A stretch of 64,000 nt of DNA from Candidatus Eiseniibacteriota bacterium. GTDB lineage: Bacteria > Eisenbacteria > RBG-16-71-46 > CAZAMP01. The notes under the pieces were generated by a model that ran no database searches, was not told the origin of the DNA, and saw nothing but the letters and a program-made list of their open reading frames with translations. The translations under genes were made by a program, and so were the position numbers. The DNA lies in assembly GCA_965224245.1 (NCBI GenBank), contig OZ245046.1, forward strand, positions 4,608,001 to 4,672,000, in the 5' to 3' direction. Positions 1 to 9,000 of this stretch are shown in pieces. The stretch's first letter is position 1. The number at the start of each line of letters is the position of its first letter.

Positions 1-2
1 CC

Positions 3-785
3 CGCGCCACGACGCAGCACGCATTCTGGTCGCTCTTTCTCGACCAGGTGCTCGAGCGCCGGCGGGCTGGGAGCGGAGACGTCGACGGGATCGCCGAGAT
101 CGTCATGGGTCTCTCCCGAGTGCTCCGGAGCTTGACGTCGGGGGCGATCGCCCTCGATCCGCCACGCGGACTCGTCACCCCGATCGCGCCGGTGAGCCGC
201 GCGGCGGAGACGTCGTGGGAGCAGCTGACGTCACTGACCGCCACGCTGCTCGATCAGCTTTTCGAGCACGCCTACTCGCAAGGTGTGGTCAGCTCGGGCG
301 CGTGGACGCCGTACTTCCGGCGCGGATCGCGGCCGATCGCGTCCGAGCCGTGCGCGTGCGGCTCCGGCACGCGGACCGGGCACGGATACGAGAGCGTCAC
401 CCGTGACGGCGTCGTGCGTGCCACGTACGAGTGCGATGCCTGCGGCAAGGTCGCCGACACGGACGGGCGAGGTCTCCTCTCGCTCGTCGAGTGGTCGGGC
501 GTCGCCACGCGCGGCTCGATCTTCCGCTGCGAAGGTCGCGTCCGGGCGCCGGCGACCGAGGCGGTGCTGTTCGCGGCCATTCCGCTGATCGCCGGAGAGC
601 GCGGCCACCGGCACGCGGCGTGGGGAAAGCTCGCGTCGTCCACGGTGCCGGCGGGGCGCGAGGCGCGGGTAACGTTCACGCTAGAGATCTCCGACGACAT
701 GCCCGTCGGTCTGCACAACTTCGCGGTTGTCGCGATCGTGAACGTGGCGCCCTACGTTCTTCGACACTGGCTGGAGATCCGATGA
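3..785 (+). CDS. 5'-truncated hypothetical protein with C-terminal zinc-ribbon (CxC...CxxC) and beta-rich tail
   Basis: Frame is open from the window edge (RATTQHAFWSLFLDQ...). Contains EPCACG...YECDACG. Its TGA overlaps the next ATG (ATGA at 782-785). Confidence 0.7.
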   Translation, partial: RATTQHAFWSLFLDQVLERRRAGSGDVDGIAEIVMGLSRVLRSLTSGAIALDPPRGLVTPIAPVSRAAETSWEQLTSLTATLLDQLFEHAYSQGVVSSGAWTPYFRRGSRPIASEPCACGSGTRTGHGYESVTRDGVVRATYECDACGKVADTDGRGLLSLVEWSGVATRGSIFRCEGRVRAPATEAVLFAAIPLIAGERGHRHAAWGKLASSTVPAGREARVTFTLEISDDMPVGLHNFAVVAIVNVAPYVLRHWLEIR

Positions 786-1960
786 AGAGCGGGCGCGACC
801 GGGCTCGCGGCGGGCTCACCGGCATCATCAGGGGCCGGATCACGCGCCTTCACCGCCTCGGTCGGCGCCTCGCGTTCGCCGACGTCGACGATCAGGGACA
901 GCTCACCTCTCTCGTTCTCGAAGGCGACTTCCCCGACGTGCGCCGCGGCGATCTCGTCACGGCGGCCGGCGAGTGGACGCGGTCCCGCGAGCTTCGGGTC
1001 GCCCGGATCGACGTCCACGGCCGGATCACGGATCTCCGGCGGCCATCGGCCCCGGCGGCCCGTCTGCTCGACCCGCGGCGGCTGGAGGCGCTACGGATTC
1101 GCTCGGCGGCGATTGCCGCCCTGCACCGTTTCTTTCATGAGACGGACTTCGTTCCCGTCGACTCGCCGACGATCGTGTCCGACTGGGTGCGCGGCCAGAC
1201 GGGCGCGTTCAACCTGGACTTCTACGACGAGGACGCGTTCCTGAAGATCAGCAACATGCCCTACCACCAGGTGCTCCTGACCGGCGGCTTCTCGCGCATC
1301 TACGAGATCGGCAAGCTCTTTCGACGCGAGCATCCCAGCTCGATCCACCGACTGGCGGAGTTCACGATCCTGGACGTCAGCTGGACCGGAGCACGTCTGG
1401 ACGATCTGATGACGTTCTTCGAGGGGGTCGTGCGCGCGACCATCGACGCGCTCTCGCCTCGGCGGATGACACTCGTCGAGGACATCCGCTTCGACCGGGT
1501 GACGGTACGCGAGCTGCTCGACGCAGCCAGCATCGAGCGGACGACGGGCGCCCAGCTCCCGGCGCCGGTCCGGCGCCACCTCGAGCGGACCCACTCGAGC
1601 TTCGTGTGGGTGACCGGATTTCCGGCGAGAACACGACCGTTCTACGTCCGCGCATCGTCGTACGACCGGGACGGGGCCGACGCGACCTGCGCGGACTGCC
1701 AGCTCTGGTTTCGGGGTCGGACCTTTCTCGCGGCCGGGGGCGAGGTCGAGTCGGACCGGGCGGTGCTGGAGGCACGCATCCGGGACGAGGGCAAGGACCC
1801 GAGACCCTACGCGTTTCTGCTGGACGCGGTCGAGCTCGGGCTCCACGACGCCGTCGGGATCGGGATGGGCGTCGAGCGGTTCCTGGCCAACGTCTTGACC
1901 CCGTCCACCGTCGCCGATTTCACGCTGTGTCCTCGCTATCGCGGCCACGTCACGCCGTGA
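782..1960 (+). CDS. Divergent class IIb aminoacyl-tRNA synthetase-like protein (Asp/Asn/Lys-RS family: OB fold + catalytic domain)
   Basis: OB-fold-like IRGRITRLHRLGRRLAFADVDD; motif 1 HRFFHETDFVPVDSPTI; motif 2 YEIGKLFRRE...HRLAEFTILD; motif 3 GIGMGVERFL. ATG 782 is coupled to the upstream stop. Confidence 0.85.
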   Translation: MKSGRDRARGGLTGIIRGRITRLHRLGRRLAFADVDDQGQLTSLVLEGDFPDVRRGDLVTAAGEWTRSRELRVARIDVHGRITDLRRPSAPAARLLDPRRLEALRIRSAAIAALHRFFHETDFVPVDSPTIVSDWVRGQTGAFNLDFYDEDAFLKISNMPYHQVLLTGGFSRIYEIGKLFRREHPSSIHRLAEFTILDVSWTGARLDDLMTFFEGVVRATIDALSPRRMTLVEDIRFDRVTVRELLDAASIERTTGAQLPAPVRRHLERTHSSFVWVTGFPARTRPFYVRASSYDRDGADATCADCQLWFRGRTFLAAGGEVESDRAVLEARIRDEGKDPRPYAFLLDAVELGLHDAVGIGMGVERFLANVLTPSTVADFTLCPRYRGHVTP

Positions 1961-1980
1961 CCTTCGAAGGAGTCAGACCG

Positions 1981-2757
1981 ATGAGCGCCCACCGCCCGCT
2001 TCACCAGTCGCCCCTCGATGGCGACGAGTGGCGTCGCATCGCCGCCAACTACGACCAGGAGCGTGACGCGCACTCGCTGCCCGCTGCGCTGGTGGACGAC
2101 CTGGTGGTCGATCTGGCCGGTGTGGATCGATCGTCCGTGGTGCTCGATCACGGTGCGGGCACGGGTACTCTCGCCGCACGGCTGGCTCCCCACGCCGGTC
2201 GCGTGCTGTGCTACGAGCCGGGCCCCGAGATGCGGCGCCGGCTGGAGACGCGGGCCGAGACGCTGGAGAGCGTGAGCGTGGTCTCCGATCCGAGCACGCT
2301 GGCGGACGAATCGGTCGACGTCGTGCTGAGCGTGAACGTCCTCGATCACGTACCCGACGTCGCACCCGTGCTCGCGCTCTTTCGGCGCGTCTCGAGACCG
2401 ACTGGTCGCGTACTGGTCGTGCTGCCGCACCCGCTCAAGGATCTCGGTCACTGGGTACGCCGGCGCGACGACGGCGGTGAGTGGGTATACGACCACTACC
2501 TGCTTCAGGACTACCTCCGCGAGGGGCTGTGCGCGAAGAGCCGGGAGGACCGACACGGGAATCGCGTCGTGACCGACTTCGTGAGTCACCACCGGAGGCT
2601 CTCGACGTACCACCGATGGCTTCGCGACGCGGGCTTCTCGATCGATGACCTGCTGGAGCCCGAGCCGCCCGCGTCGCTCGCGCGATCACACCCGATCCTG
2701 TACCAGCAGTGCTCGCGGATTCCGTACTTCGTCGTGCTCGCGTGCTCGCCCGGGTGA
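1981..2757 (+). CDS. Class I SAM-dependent methyltransferase
   Basis: VVLDHGAGTG motif I, then DVVLSVNVLDHV and PTGRVLV. GAAGGAG RBS upstream of ATG 1981. Confidence 0.85.
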   Translation: MSAHRPLHQSPLDGDEWRRIAANYDQERDAHSLPAALVDDLVVDLAGVDRSSVVLDHGAGTGTLAARLAPHAGRVLCYEPGPEMRRRLETRAETLESVSVVSDPSTLADESVDVVLSVNVLDHVPDVAPVLALFRRVSRPTGRVLVVLPHPLKDLGHWVRRRDDGGEWVYDHYLLQDYLREGLCAKSREDRHGNRVVTDFVSHHRRLSTYHRWLRDAGFSIDDLLEPEPPASLARSHPILYQQCSRIPYFVVLACSPG

Positions 2758-2835
2758 CGCGGGCGGTGGGATGCGCGAGCGTGGATGCTCGCCGGGCATT
2801 CGGCGGGGCCGCAGCGGACCCGCCACGCCGGCCTC

Positions 2836-3507
2836 TCAGCTCGGGGACGGGATCCGCGTGCCCTCGAACACCCACTCGGCGCTGACGTAGGGGCGACCGG
2901 TGTCGATCTCGCCACCGTGCACCTCGTGGATCAGGCGTAGCGGCACGAAGTACGGCCGCGTCTCGTGGAGAACGCTCTGGCGCGTCATGAAGTGATGCGT
3001 GACGCCGTCCTCCATCGGATCGTCACAGATCCACGTGAGGTGGTCGATCCGCTGGCCCTTCCCCATCAACGACGACTCGGTGGAGATGAACGTGCAGAAG
3101 TACAGCCCGCCGGCCCGGACGACGCGTGCCGCCTCGCGGATGGCGTCGCGGACACCGTCGAGCTCGGCGTGCGAGATCACCGCACGGCAGACCACCGCGT
3201 CGAAGACGGCGTCGTCGTATGGGAGGTGCCGCATGTCGGCCAGCGCCAGCACGGGCGAGAGCCCCGCCCGTCGCGCGCGCTCCCCGGTCACGCGCGTCCC
3301 GGTGGGCGAGAGGTCGACCCCGTGGACCTCGTAGCCCAGCCTCGCGAGGTAGATCGCGTGACGGCCGGCGCCGAACCCGACGTCGAGAATCGTCCGAACA
3401 TCCTCGCGCGCGGCGAGCGTCTCGGTCGCGAACCGGACGACGTCCTCCGCCGGATCTTCCAGGCAGTTCACGGGATCTTCGAAGAGCGCGTCCCAGTCCA
3501 TCGGCAT
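2836..3507 (-). CDS. Class I SAM-dependent methyltransferase
   Basis: ILDVGFGAGRH, GVDLS, ADMRHLPY, FDAVV, RVVRAGG. GAGGGAG RBS. Confidence 0.9.
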   Translation of the reverse strand: MPMDWDALFEDPVNCLEDPAEDVVRFATETLAAREDVRTILDVGFGAGRHAIYLARLGYEVHGVDLSPTGTRVTGERARRAGLSPVLALADMRHLPYDDAVFDAVVCRAVISHAELDGVRDAIREAARVVRAGGLYFCTFISTESSLMGKGQRIDHLTWICDDPMEDGVTHHFMTRQSVLHETRPYFVPLRLIHEVHGGEIDTGRPYVSAEWVFEGTRIPSPS

Positions 3508-3630
3508 CTCTCCCTCGCCGATGGTATCACGGGGTCGGCACGGTGACCCGGAGCCCCCTCGGGGCCTTCGCCGATCGCGTATCGGAACCAGTCGCGGGGC
3601 GCCGATGGGGCGGATGCGCGTCCGGACCCG

Positions 3631-4362
3631 CTAGCCGTCCACCTCGTCGTCCGGACGCTCGGCGAACTCCTGCCGATCCTCGTGCCGGCCGGGCGCCGGC
3701 TCCGCCGGCAGATCGACGTCGCAGCTCGCGAGGCCCATCCGGTACTGCTCGGCCATCTCGTCGATCGCGTCGGCGACGGCGCCGCGGAACAGGGCGGAGA
3801 GGGGAGCGTCCTCCGACCCCGGCTCGGAGACTCCCAGTCCCTTGCCGGCGACGCGACCGGCCTGGAACACCTCCCCGTCCAGCGTCAGGAGCTCGAAGAT
3901 CATCTCGACCCGGACCGAGAGCTTGTCCTCACACGTGTCGCAGCTTCCACCGGGAATCAGGTGTCCACTCAGATCGGCGGGGAAGACGGCCACGATCAGG
4001 TCCGGCGACGGAAGCTCCTCTGCGGCCTGTCGGGGCCAGATGTCCGGTGCGCGGTGCGGCGTTCGAACCTCGCCGGTGTATCGGGGCTCGTCGATGGTCT
4101 GCACGCCACGGAACGCGCGGCCGGTCGCGCGGACGAGCTCTGCGCGCAGATACTCTCCGACCTCGAGCTCGGTCGCGGCGCCGCCGTCGCGGGTGATGGT
4201 GGCCTTCGCGGCGTCCAGCTCCGGGCTGACGTACAGCGCGGCCCAGTGGGGATGGGTGCCACCGGTCCGCGTCATCGCGGCCGCATCCGGGGACGGGTTC
4301 TGACTGCAACCCACGGCCAGCAGTCCGGCCGAGAGAACGACGACCTTCAGGATCTTCACCAT
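3631..4362 (-). CDS. Hypothetical lipoprotein
   Basis: MVKILKVVVLSAGLLAVG-C lipobox signal peptide. Start moved to ATG 4362. Confidence 0.7.
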   Translation of the reverse strand: MVKILKVVVLSAGLLAVGCSQNPSPDAAAMTRTGGTHPHWAALYVSPELDAAKATITRDGGAATELEVGEYLRAELVRATGRAFRGVQTIDEPRYTGEVRTPHRAPDIWPRQAAEELPSPDLIVAVFPADLSGHLIPGGSCDTCEDKLSVRVEMIFELLTLDGEVFQAGRVAGKGLGVSEPGSEDAPLSALFRGAVADAIDEMAEQYRMGLASCDVDLPAEPAPGRHEDRQEFAERPDDEVDG

Positions 4363-4446
4363 CGCACACTCCGGGTTGGATGCCTCTCTGTGGTTCTCGA
4401 TCGTCACCGGAGCCGACGATCTGTAGAGCGCGGCCGAAACACGCCG

Positions 4447-4475
4447 TTGGCGACATATATCGATGATGCTATGAT
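4447..4475 (+). promoter_or_regulatory. Sigma70-type promoter
   Basis: TTGGCG (4447-4452), 17-nt spacer, TATGAT (4470-4475), with extended -10 TG at 4467-4468. Confidence 0.6.
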
Positions 4476-4481
4476 CCTCGG

Positions 4482-4574
4482 GTTCCGTGACCCGAGTCAC
4501 GGATCTCGCAAGCTACCCGAAGGCGGCCGTTTCGCGGCGGCCGCAAGGACCCAGCGACGGCGCTGGGTCTTTTT
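4482..4574 (+). ncRNA. Candidate small RNA of about 93 nt with three hairpins
   Basis: Lies between the promoter above and an intrinsic terminator. Stems: TCCGTGAC/GTCACGGA, GCGGCCG/CGGCCGC, GACCCAGCG/CGCTGGGTC. Both flanking genes are on the minus strand. Confidence 0.5.
4548..4574 (+). terminator. Rho-independent terminator
   Basis: GACCCAGCG-acgg-CGCTGGGTC followed by TTTTT. Confidence 0.7.
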
Positions 4575-4759
4575 GCGGGTGCCGGGAGATGGGCGTCACG
4601 GGGAGGGCGTGGGGGAATCGGGCGAGCTCGAGACTTCCCTGACGAACTGAGCACGAAGCAGCCACGGCGATGCCAGGAACACCGATCGGCCCCGGAGGTT
4701 CGACTCGCGCCGAACCGCGATCCCCCCACGCACCTCGGAGCTCGGGCCGCGCGGTGCGC

Positions 4760-6109
4760 TCACGCGGCGTCGTCGCGAATGCCCAGCCCCAGGACGAGCT
4801 TGCGCACGGCGACGCAGAAGGAGCGGACGTCGTGATCCGATCGGAACGCCTGATCGAGGTGAACCGCACAGCAGGCGTCCGCCTGCGTGAGCACATCGCC
4901 CAGATGCGCGTTGGTTCTCAGATCCTGCACGAACGTGTCGATCGCGTCCGGGTCGAGAGAGCGCCGGAGCGCCGGAAGATCCAGCACCAGCTCCGCGGTG
5001 CTGGTGAGTCTGAAGATCTCGGTGACCAGCGGCTCCACCGTTCCCGCGAAGAACCCGGCCTGAAACGACAGCGTCGTCTCCGACACCATCCATCCCGCCG
5101 GCAGCGTCCGACTCGGCTCGCGCCCCAGCCGCGTCAGCCGCTGCGCGCGGCGCTTGGCGTCGGGCGAGCACGCGTCGGTCAGGTGCGCGAAGAAGCGATC
5201 CTCGTCGTGCCGGCGTCCCGAGATCGATAGCGCGTACGCGTGGCCGTCCGCCTCCCCGTCCGCGTCGTCGACGTCGTGAGAGTCGCCGGGGATGTCCTCG
5301 CGCCGCAGGTACTCGTAGATCCGCTCGATCGGATCCTCGTCGCCGTCGAGCTCGTCCTCGAGCGCCCGGAAGAAGTCGGGAAACTCCTCCTCTTCGATGG
5401 GCATCGGGACGTTCGACCGCCAGTGCGCATCGCGCCACGGGTCGTCCAGCTCGTCCAGGTCGTCGCCGCCTTCGTCGATGTCGACCGGCAGCCGCCGTGT
5501 CGGCGGCACGCGGGGAATCATCAGCTGATAGCCCTGCCACACGAAGTGCGCCACCTCGATGGGCTCGAACCGGATCATGCCCTCGGACGACTCGCGCAGG
5601 TAGTCGAAGAACGCCACGAGATCGTCACCGATCCGATCCACGGCCAGCACGAGCCGGAAGCGACCCTGCTCGAGGTTCTGGGCCAGTCGAAGCCGGAACG
5701 CGCGACCGTCGAAGCGCTCGCGATCGGTGTCCGGCAGGGATTCGTGGACGATCTCCTCCAGCGGCCGGCCATGCAGGAGCAGCAGACGCTGCTCGAACTC
5801 GTCGAAGGGCACGTCCCGCCGGAGATGTGCCGCCAGCTCCAGGAGGCGCGATACGCACACCTCGCGGATCTCGGGGGTGGGCGCGTACCGGGCGATGGCC
5901 AGCACGATGTCGCCGCGCGCGTCGATCCCCACCAGATCCACGACGCGCGAGCCCTCCAGCTGGAAGTCCTGGATGGCGACCTGAACACCCGGGATCAGCT
6001 CGGTCAGCTGTCCGATCGGGATGACCGGAGCCCCCTCGCCGTCTCGGGGCACGCTCTCGCCGATGAGGGCCCACGACCCCGAGCTTCCGCGACGTATCGC
6101 GATGTACAT
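4760..6109 (-). CDS. PD-(D/E)xK (NucS-like) fold protein with acidic linker, probably catalytically degenerate
   Basis: DFQLEGSRVVDLVGIDARGDIVLAIAR and FRLVLAVD resemble restriction-endonuclease-like folds. ATG 6109 has a GAGGT RBS. Confidence 0.55.
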   Translation of the reverse strand: MYIAIRRGSSGSWALIGESVPRDGEGAPVIPIGQLTELIPGVQVAIQDFQLEGSRVVDLVGIDARGDIVLAIARYAPTPEIREVCVSRLLELAAHLRRDVPFDEFEQRLLLLHGRPLEEIVHESLPDTDRERFDGRAFRLRLAQNLEQGRFRLVLAVDRIGDDLVAFFDYLRESSEGMIRFEPIEVAHFVWQGYQLMIPRVPPTRRLPVDIDEGGDDLDELDDPWRDAHWRSNVPMPIEEEEFPDFFRALEDELDGDEDPIERIYEYLRREDIPGDSHDVDDADGEADGHAYALSISGRRHDEDRFFAHLTDACSPDAKRRAQRLTRLGREPSRTLPAGWMVSETTLSFQAGFFAGTVEPLVTEIFRLTSTAELVLDLPALRRSLDPDAIDTFVQDLRTNAHLGDVLTQADACCAVHLDQAFRSDHDVRSFCVAVRKLVLGLGIRDDAA

Positions 6110-6331
6110 GTGCCCGCTACCTCGTCCTGGGTGTGGCTCGCGTGGAGCGCTCGTGGGGCGGTGCCCCGGCCGTCGCCTAGCGTTATCGGGCTCGCGGATC
6201 CAGACCTGAACCGGCCGGCGAGCCACCGCGACCCCGGCGCTTTTCACACGTCGAGTGCGCCTGCTAGACTCGCGCGCGCACGGTTCACCCGGCCGTTCTC
6301 GGCCGATCACAACACCGCAACGGGACCCCGC

Positions 6332-7123
6332 ATGGCCTCCGACCATCCAGAGACGCTCCGCGTCGAGACGGACGGCGCAATTCGTCGTGTCACGCTGGCC
6401 AGGCCCGACGTCCACAACGCGTTCGACGACACGGTCATCGCCGAGCTGCAATCCACGTTCGAATCCCTCGCCCGCGATGCCGAGGCACGGGCCGTGGTGC
6501 TGACCGGCGACGGGAAGTCGTTCTGCGCCGGCGCCGACCTGAACTGGATGAAGCGCGTGGCCGGCTACGACGACGAGGAGAACCTCGCGGACGCACGGCG
6601 GCTGGCCCGCATGCTCGCCACCGTCGACGCGTGTCCGATGCCAGTGATCGCTCGCGTCAACGGTGTCGCCCTCGGGGGTGGATCGGGCCTCGTGGCGTGC
6701 TGCGACATCGCGGTGGCGTCCGAGCGCGCGCGTTTCGCGTTCAGCGAGGTGAAGCTCGGGATCATCCCCGCGACGATCTCGCCGTTCGTCTACGCGAAGA
6801 TCGGCGCGCGCGGCGCGCGGCGCTACTTCCTCACCGGCGAGCGCTTCGATGCGACGACCGCCCGCGACATCGGCCTCGTGAACGAGGTCGTGGCGCCCGA
6901 GGCGCTCGACGACGCGGTGAAGACGATCGTGGACGAGATCCTCACCGCGGGGCCCGGCGCGGTCAGCGCGGCCAAGTCACTCGTCCTCGAACTGGCCACG
7001 CGACGGCTCCCGGAGGTGAACGAGTTCACCGCCCGCCTGATCGCCGACGTCCGGTCGCGCCCCGAGGCCCGCGAGGGCATGAGCGCGTTTCTGGAGAAGC
7101 GCCCACCGGGCTGGGTCGAGTAG
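6332..7123 (+). CDS. Enoyl-CoA hydratase/isomerase (methylglutaconyl-CoA hydratase-like)
   Basis: LARPDVHNAF, FCAGADLNWM, ALGGGSGL, FSEVKLGIIPATI, EGMSAFLEKR. Confidence 0.92.
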   Translation: MASDHPETLRVETDGAIRRVTLARPDVHNAFDDTVIAELQSTFESLARDAEARAVVLTGDGKSFCAGADLNWMKRVAGYDDEENLADARRLARMLATVDACPMPVIARVNGVALGGGSGLVACCDIAVASERARFAFSEVKLGIIPATISPFVYAKIGARGARRYFLTGERFDATTARDIGLVNEVVAPEALDDAVKTIVDEILTAGPGAVSAAKSLVLELATRRLPEVNEFTARLIADVRSRPEAREGMSAFLEKRPPGWVE

Positions 7124-7257
7124 ACCCCCGGCACGGACCGAATCTGATCGGGGCGGCAAGAAACCTGTCGCGCCCCGCCCGCACCGCCCCGCCGGAGGCG
7201 CCTGGACCCCACCCGCCGCCCTCAGGCTTGGTACGTCGATTGCTTGATTCGGCCGCC

Positions 7258-8994
7258 ATGCCGTCATACCGAATGACATATCTCGTGGACGAGCTGCGGC
7301 TACTCGGTGGGGCGGCGAACACGTTCGAGCAGGCCCGCCGCCTGGGCGAACGCGGGCACACCGTCCGCGTCCTGGGCCGGACCGCCCCTCCGAGCTGGCT
7401 TCCGCGCGGCGTGGACTTCCGTCGCGTCGCGACGTTCTCGCCGGAGGTGGTCCCCGAATCGGACTTCGTGATCGGCACCGACTGGACGACGGTCCCTCCC
7501 GCGCTCGGGTGCGGGCGCGGCCTGCCCGTCCACTACTGCCGGGACGCGATCGTGTCGCCCGACTCACCGAACGCACCCGGCCCCGCCGACGTCCTGGGGT
7601 TTCGCATCGCCACGTCGCGGCACGACCAGCTCGTCCTCCAGAGGCGCTTCGAGGGCCGCTGCTGGTACGTGCACGAGGCGGTGGACCTGGCGCGGTTCCG
7701 TGATGCCGGAGTGGTCGGTCCCAGCGCGTCCGAGGAGGGGGACGCCCCGTTCCGGATCCTCATCGTCGGTGAGAGCGGCGATCCGAGCGCCGGGGTGTCG
7801 CACGCCCTGGATGCGGTCGCTGCGCTGCGCCGGCGCGGGCACCGCATCGTCGTCACGCGGCTGGCCGGCGGCTCGCCGCAGGCCGACGAGCTCGCCACCG
7901 GTCTCGTCGACGAGTGGCGATCCGCCGTGACGCCCGATCGGTTGCCATCGATTTACCGAGATGCCGACGTCTTTCTGGGGGTATCGCTGGACGCCACCGC
8001 GAGCGCCTTTCTGCCGGGCCTGGAGGCCATGGCCGCGGGCGTTCCGGTCGTGCTCACCGACATCCCCTGTCACCACGGGTACGCCTCCGGATCGGACTTC
8101 GCGTCGTTCGTCCCCGCGGCCGATGCCGAGGCGCTGGCGGACGCCGTCGAGCGCCTCGCGACCGATCCCGATCACCGGCGACGCCAAGCACTGGCAGGGC
8201 AGCTCGTCGCCGGTCGTTACTCGTGGGAGTCGCATCTCGATCATCTGGAGGCCGTGCTCGACGAGATCCACGAGCGCTATCGCCTCCCCTTCTCCCTCGC
8301 GACCGGCGCCACGCCCCACGCCTCCTCGGCGGTCCGATCGGAGGAGGAGCTCCTGTGCGAGCACCGGTACGCGTTCGCCACCCAGTTCGCGGGGGACCGT
8401 CGCGTACTGGACGTCGGATGCGGTCGCGGCGACGGCGCCGCCTGCCTGGCCCGATCCGGCGCGCGATCCGTGCTCGCCGTGGACGCGTCGGAGATCGCGA
8501 TCGCCTACGCCCGCCGCACGCACGAGGACGCGAAGGTCACGTTCTCGGTCCAGCATCCGACCGCGCTCGACCTCGACGACGCGTCGATGGACCTGGTGCT
8601 CGCGTTCGACCTGATGGACGACGTCCACGACGCCGACGCGTTCGTCGAGGAGGCGGCCCGCGTGCTCACCGATCGAGGCGCGCTCCTGGTGTCGATCCCG
8701 AACGTACCGGGTCCCGATCGTGACCACGGCTCGCCGTCGCTCGACGCCGAGCGGGACCATCCGATGGCGCGAACGCGCGCGCTTCTCGAGCGCCGGTTCG
8801 GACACGTCGTCGTCTATGGACAGGCGGTCGTCTCCGACGAGCTCGTGATCCGGCCCGAGTCCGTCGACGGATCGTCCGACGTGGCCTATCTCTACGTGGC
8901 CACGCAGCTCCAGCGGCAGCCGGCCGACGACGGGACGCTCGCCCGCGAGACCGGCGACGTCGGAGAGTCCGGCGGACACCGGCGGGCCGCCTGA
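7258..8994 (+). CDS. GT4 glycosyltransferase fused to C-terminal SAM methyltransferase
   Basis: N-half RGHTVRVL...LPGLEAMAAGVPVVLTD...YSWE. C-half HRYAFA...VLDVGCGRG...RVLTDRGALLVSIPN. Confidence 0.85.
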   Translation: MPSYRMTYLVDELRLLGGAANTFEQARRLGERGHTVRVLGRTAPPSWLPRGVDFRRVATFSPEVVPESDFVIGTDWTTVPPALGCGRGLPVHYCRDAIVSPDSPNAPGPADVLGFRIATSRHDQLVLQRRFEGRCWYVHEAVDLARFRDAGVVGPSASEEGDAPFRILIVGESGDPSAGVSHALDAVAALRRRGHRIVVTRLAGGSPQADELATGLVDEWRSAVTPDRLPSIYRDADVFLGVSLDATASAFLPGLEAMAAGVPVVLTDIPCHHGYASGSDFASFVPAADAEALADAVERLATDPDHRRRQALAGQLVAGRYSWESHLDHLEAVLDEIHERYRLPFSLATGATPHASSAVRSEEELLCEHRYAFATQFAGDRRVLDVGCGRGDGAACLARSGARSVLAVDASEIAIAYARRTHEDAKVTFSVQHPTALDLDDASMDLVLAFDLMDDVHDADAFVEEAARVLTDRGALLVSIPNVPGPDRDHGSPSLDAERDHPMARTRALLERRFGHVVVYGQAVVSDELVIRPESVDGSSDVAYLYVATQLQRQPADDGTLARETGDVGESGGHRRAA

Positions 8995-9000
8995 GCGACG

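Noticed and set aside
431-781. N-terminal extension of the aaRS-like ORF
   Set aside because: Overlaps the upstream CDS; the ATGA junction supports 782.
782-1960. Calling this aspS, asnS, lysS or epmA
   Set aside because: Specificity motifs match none cleanly, and EpmA lacks the OB domain seen here.
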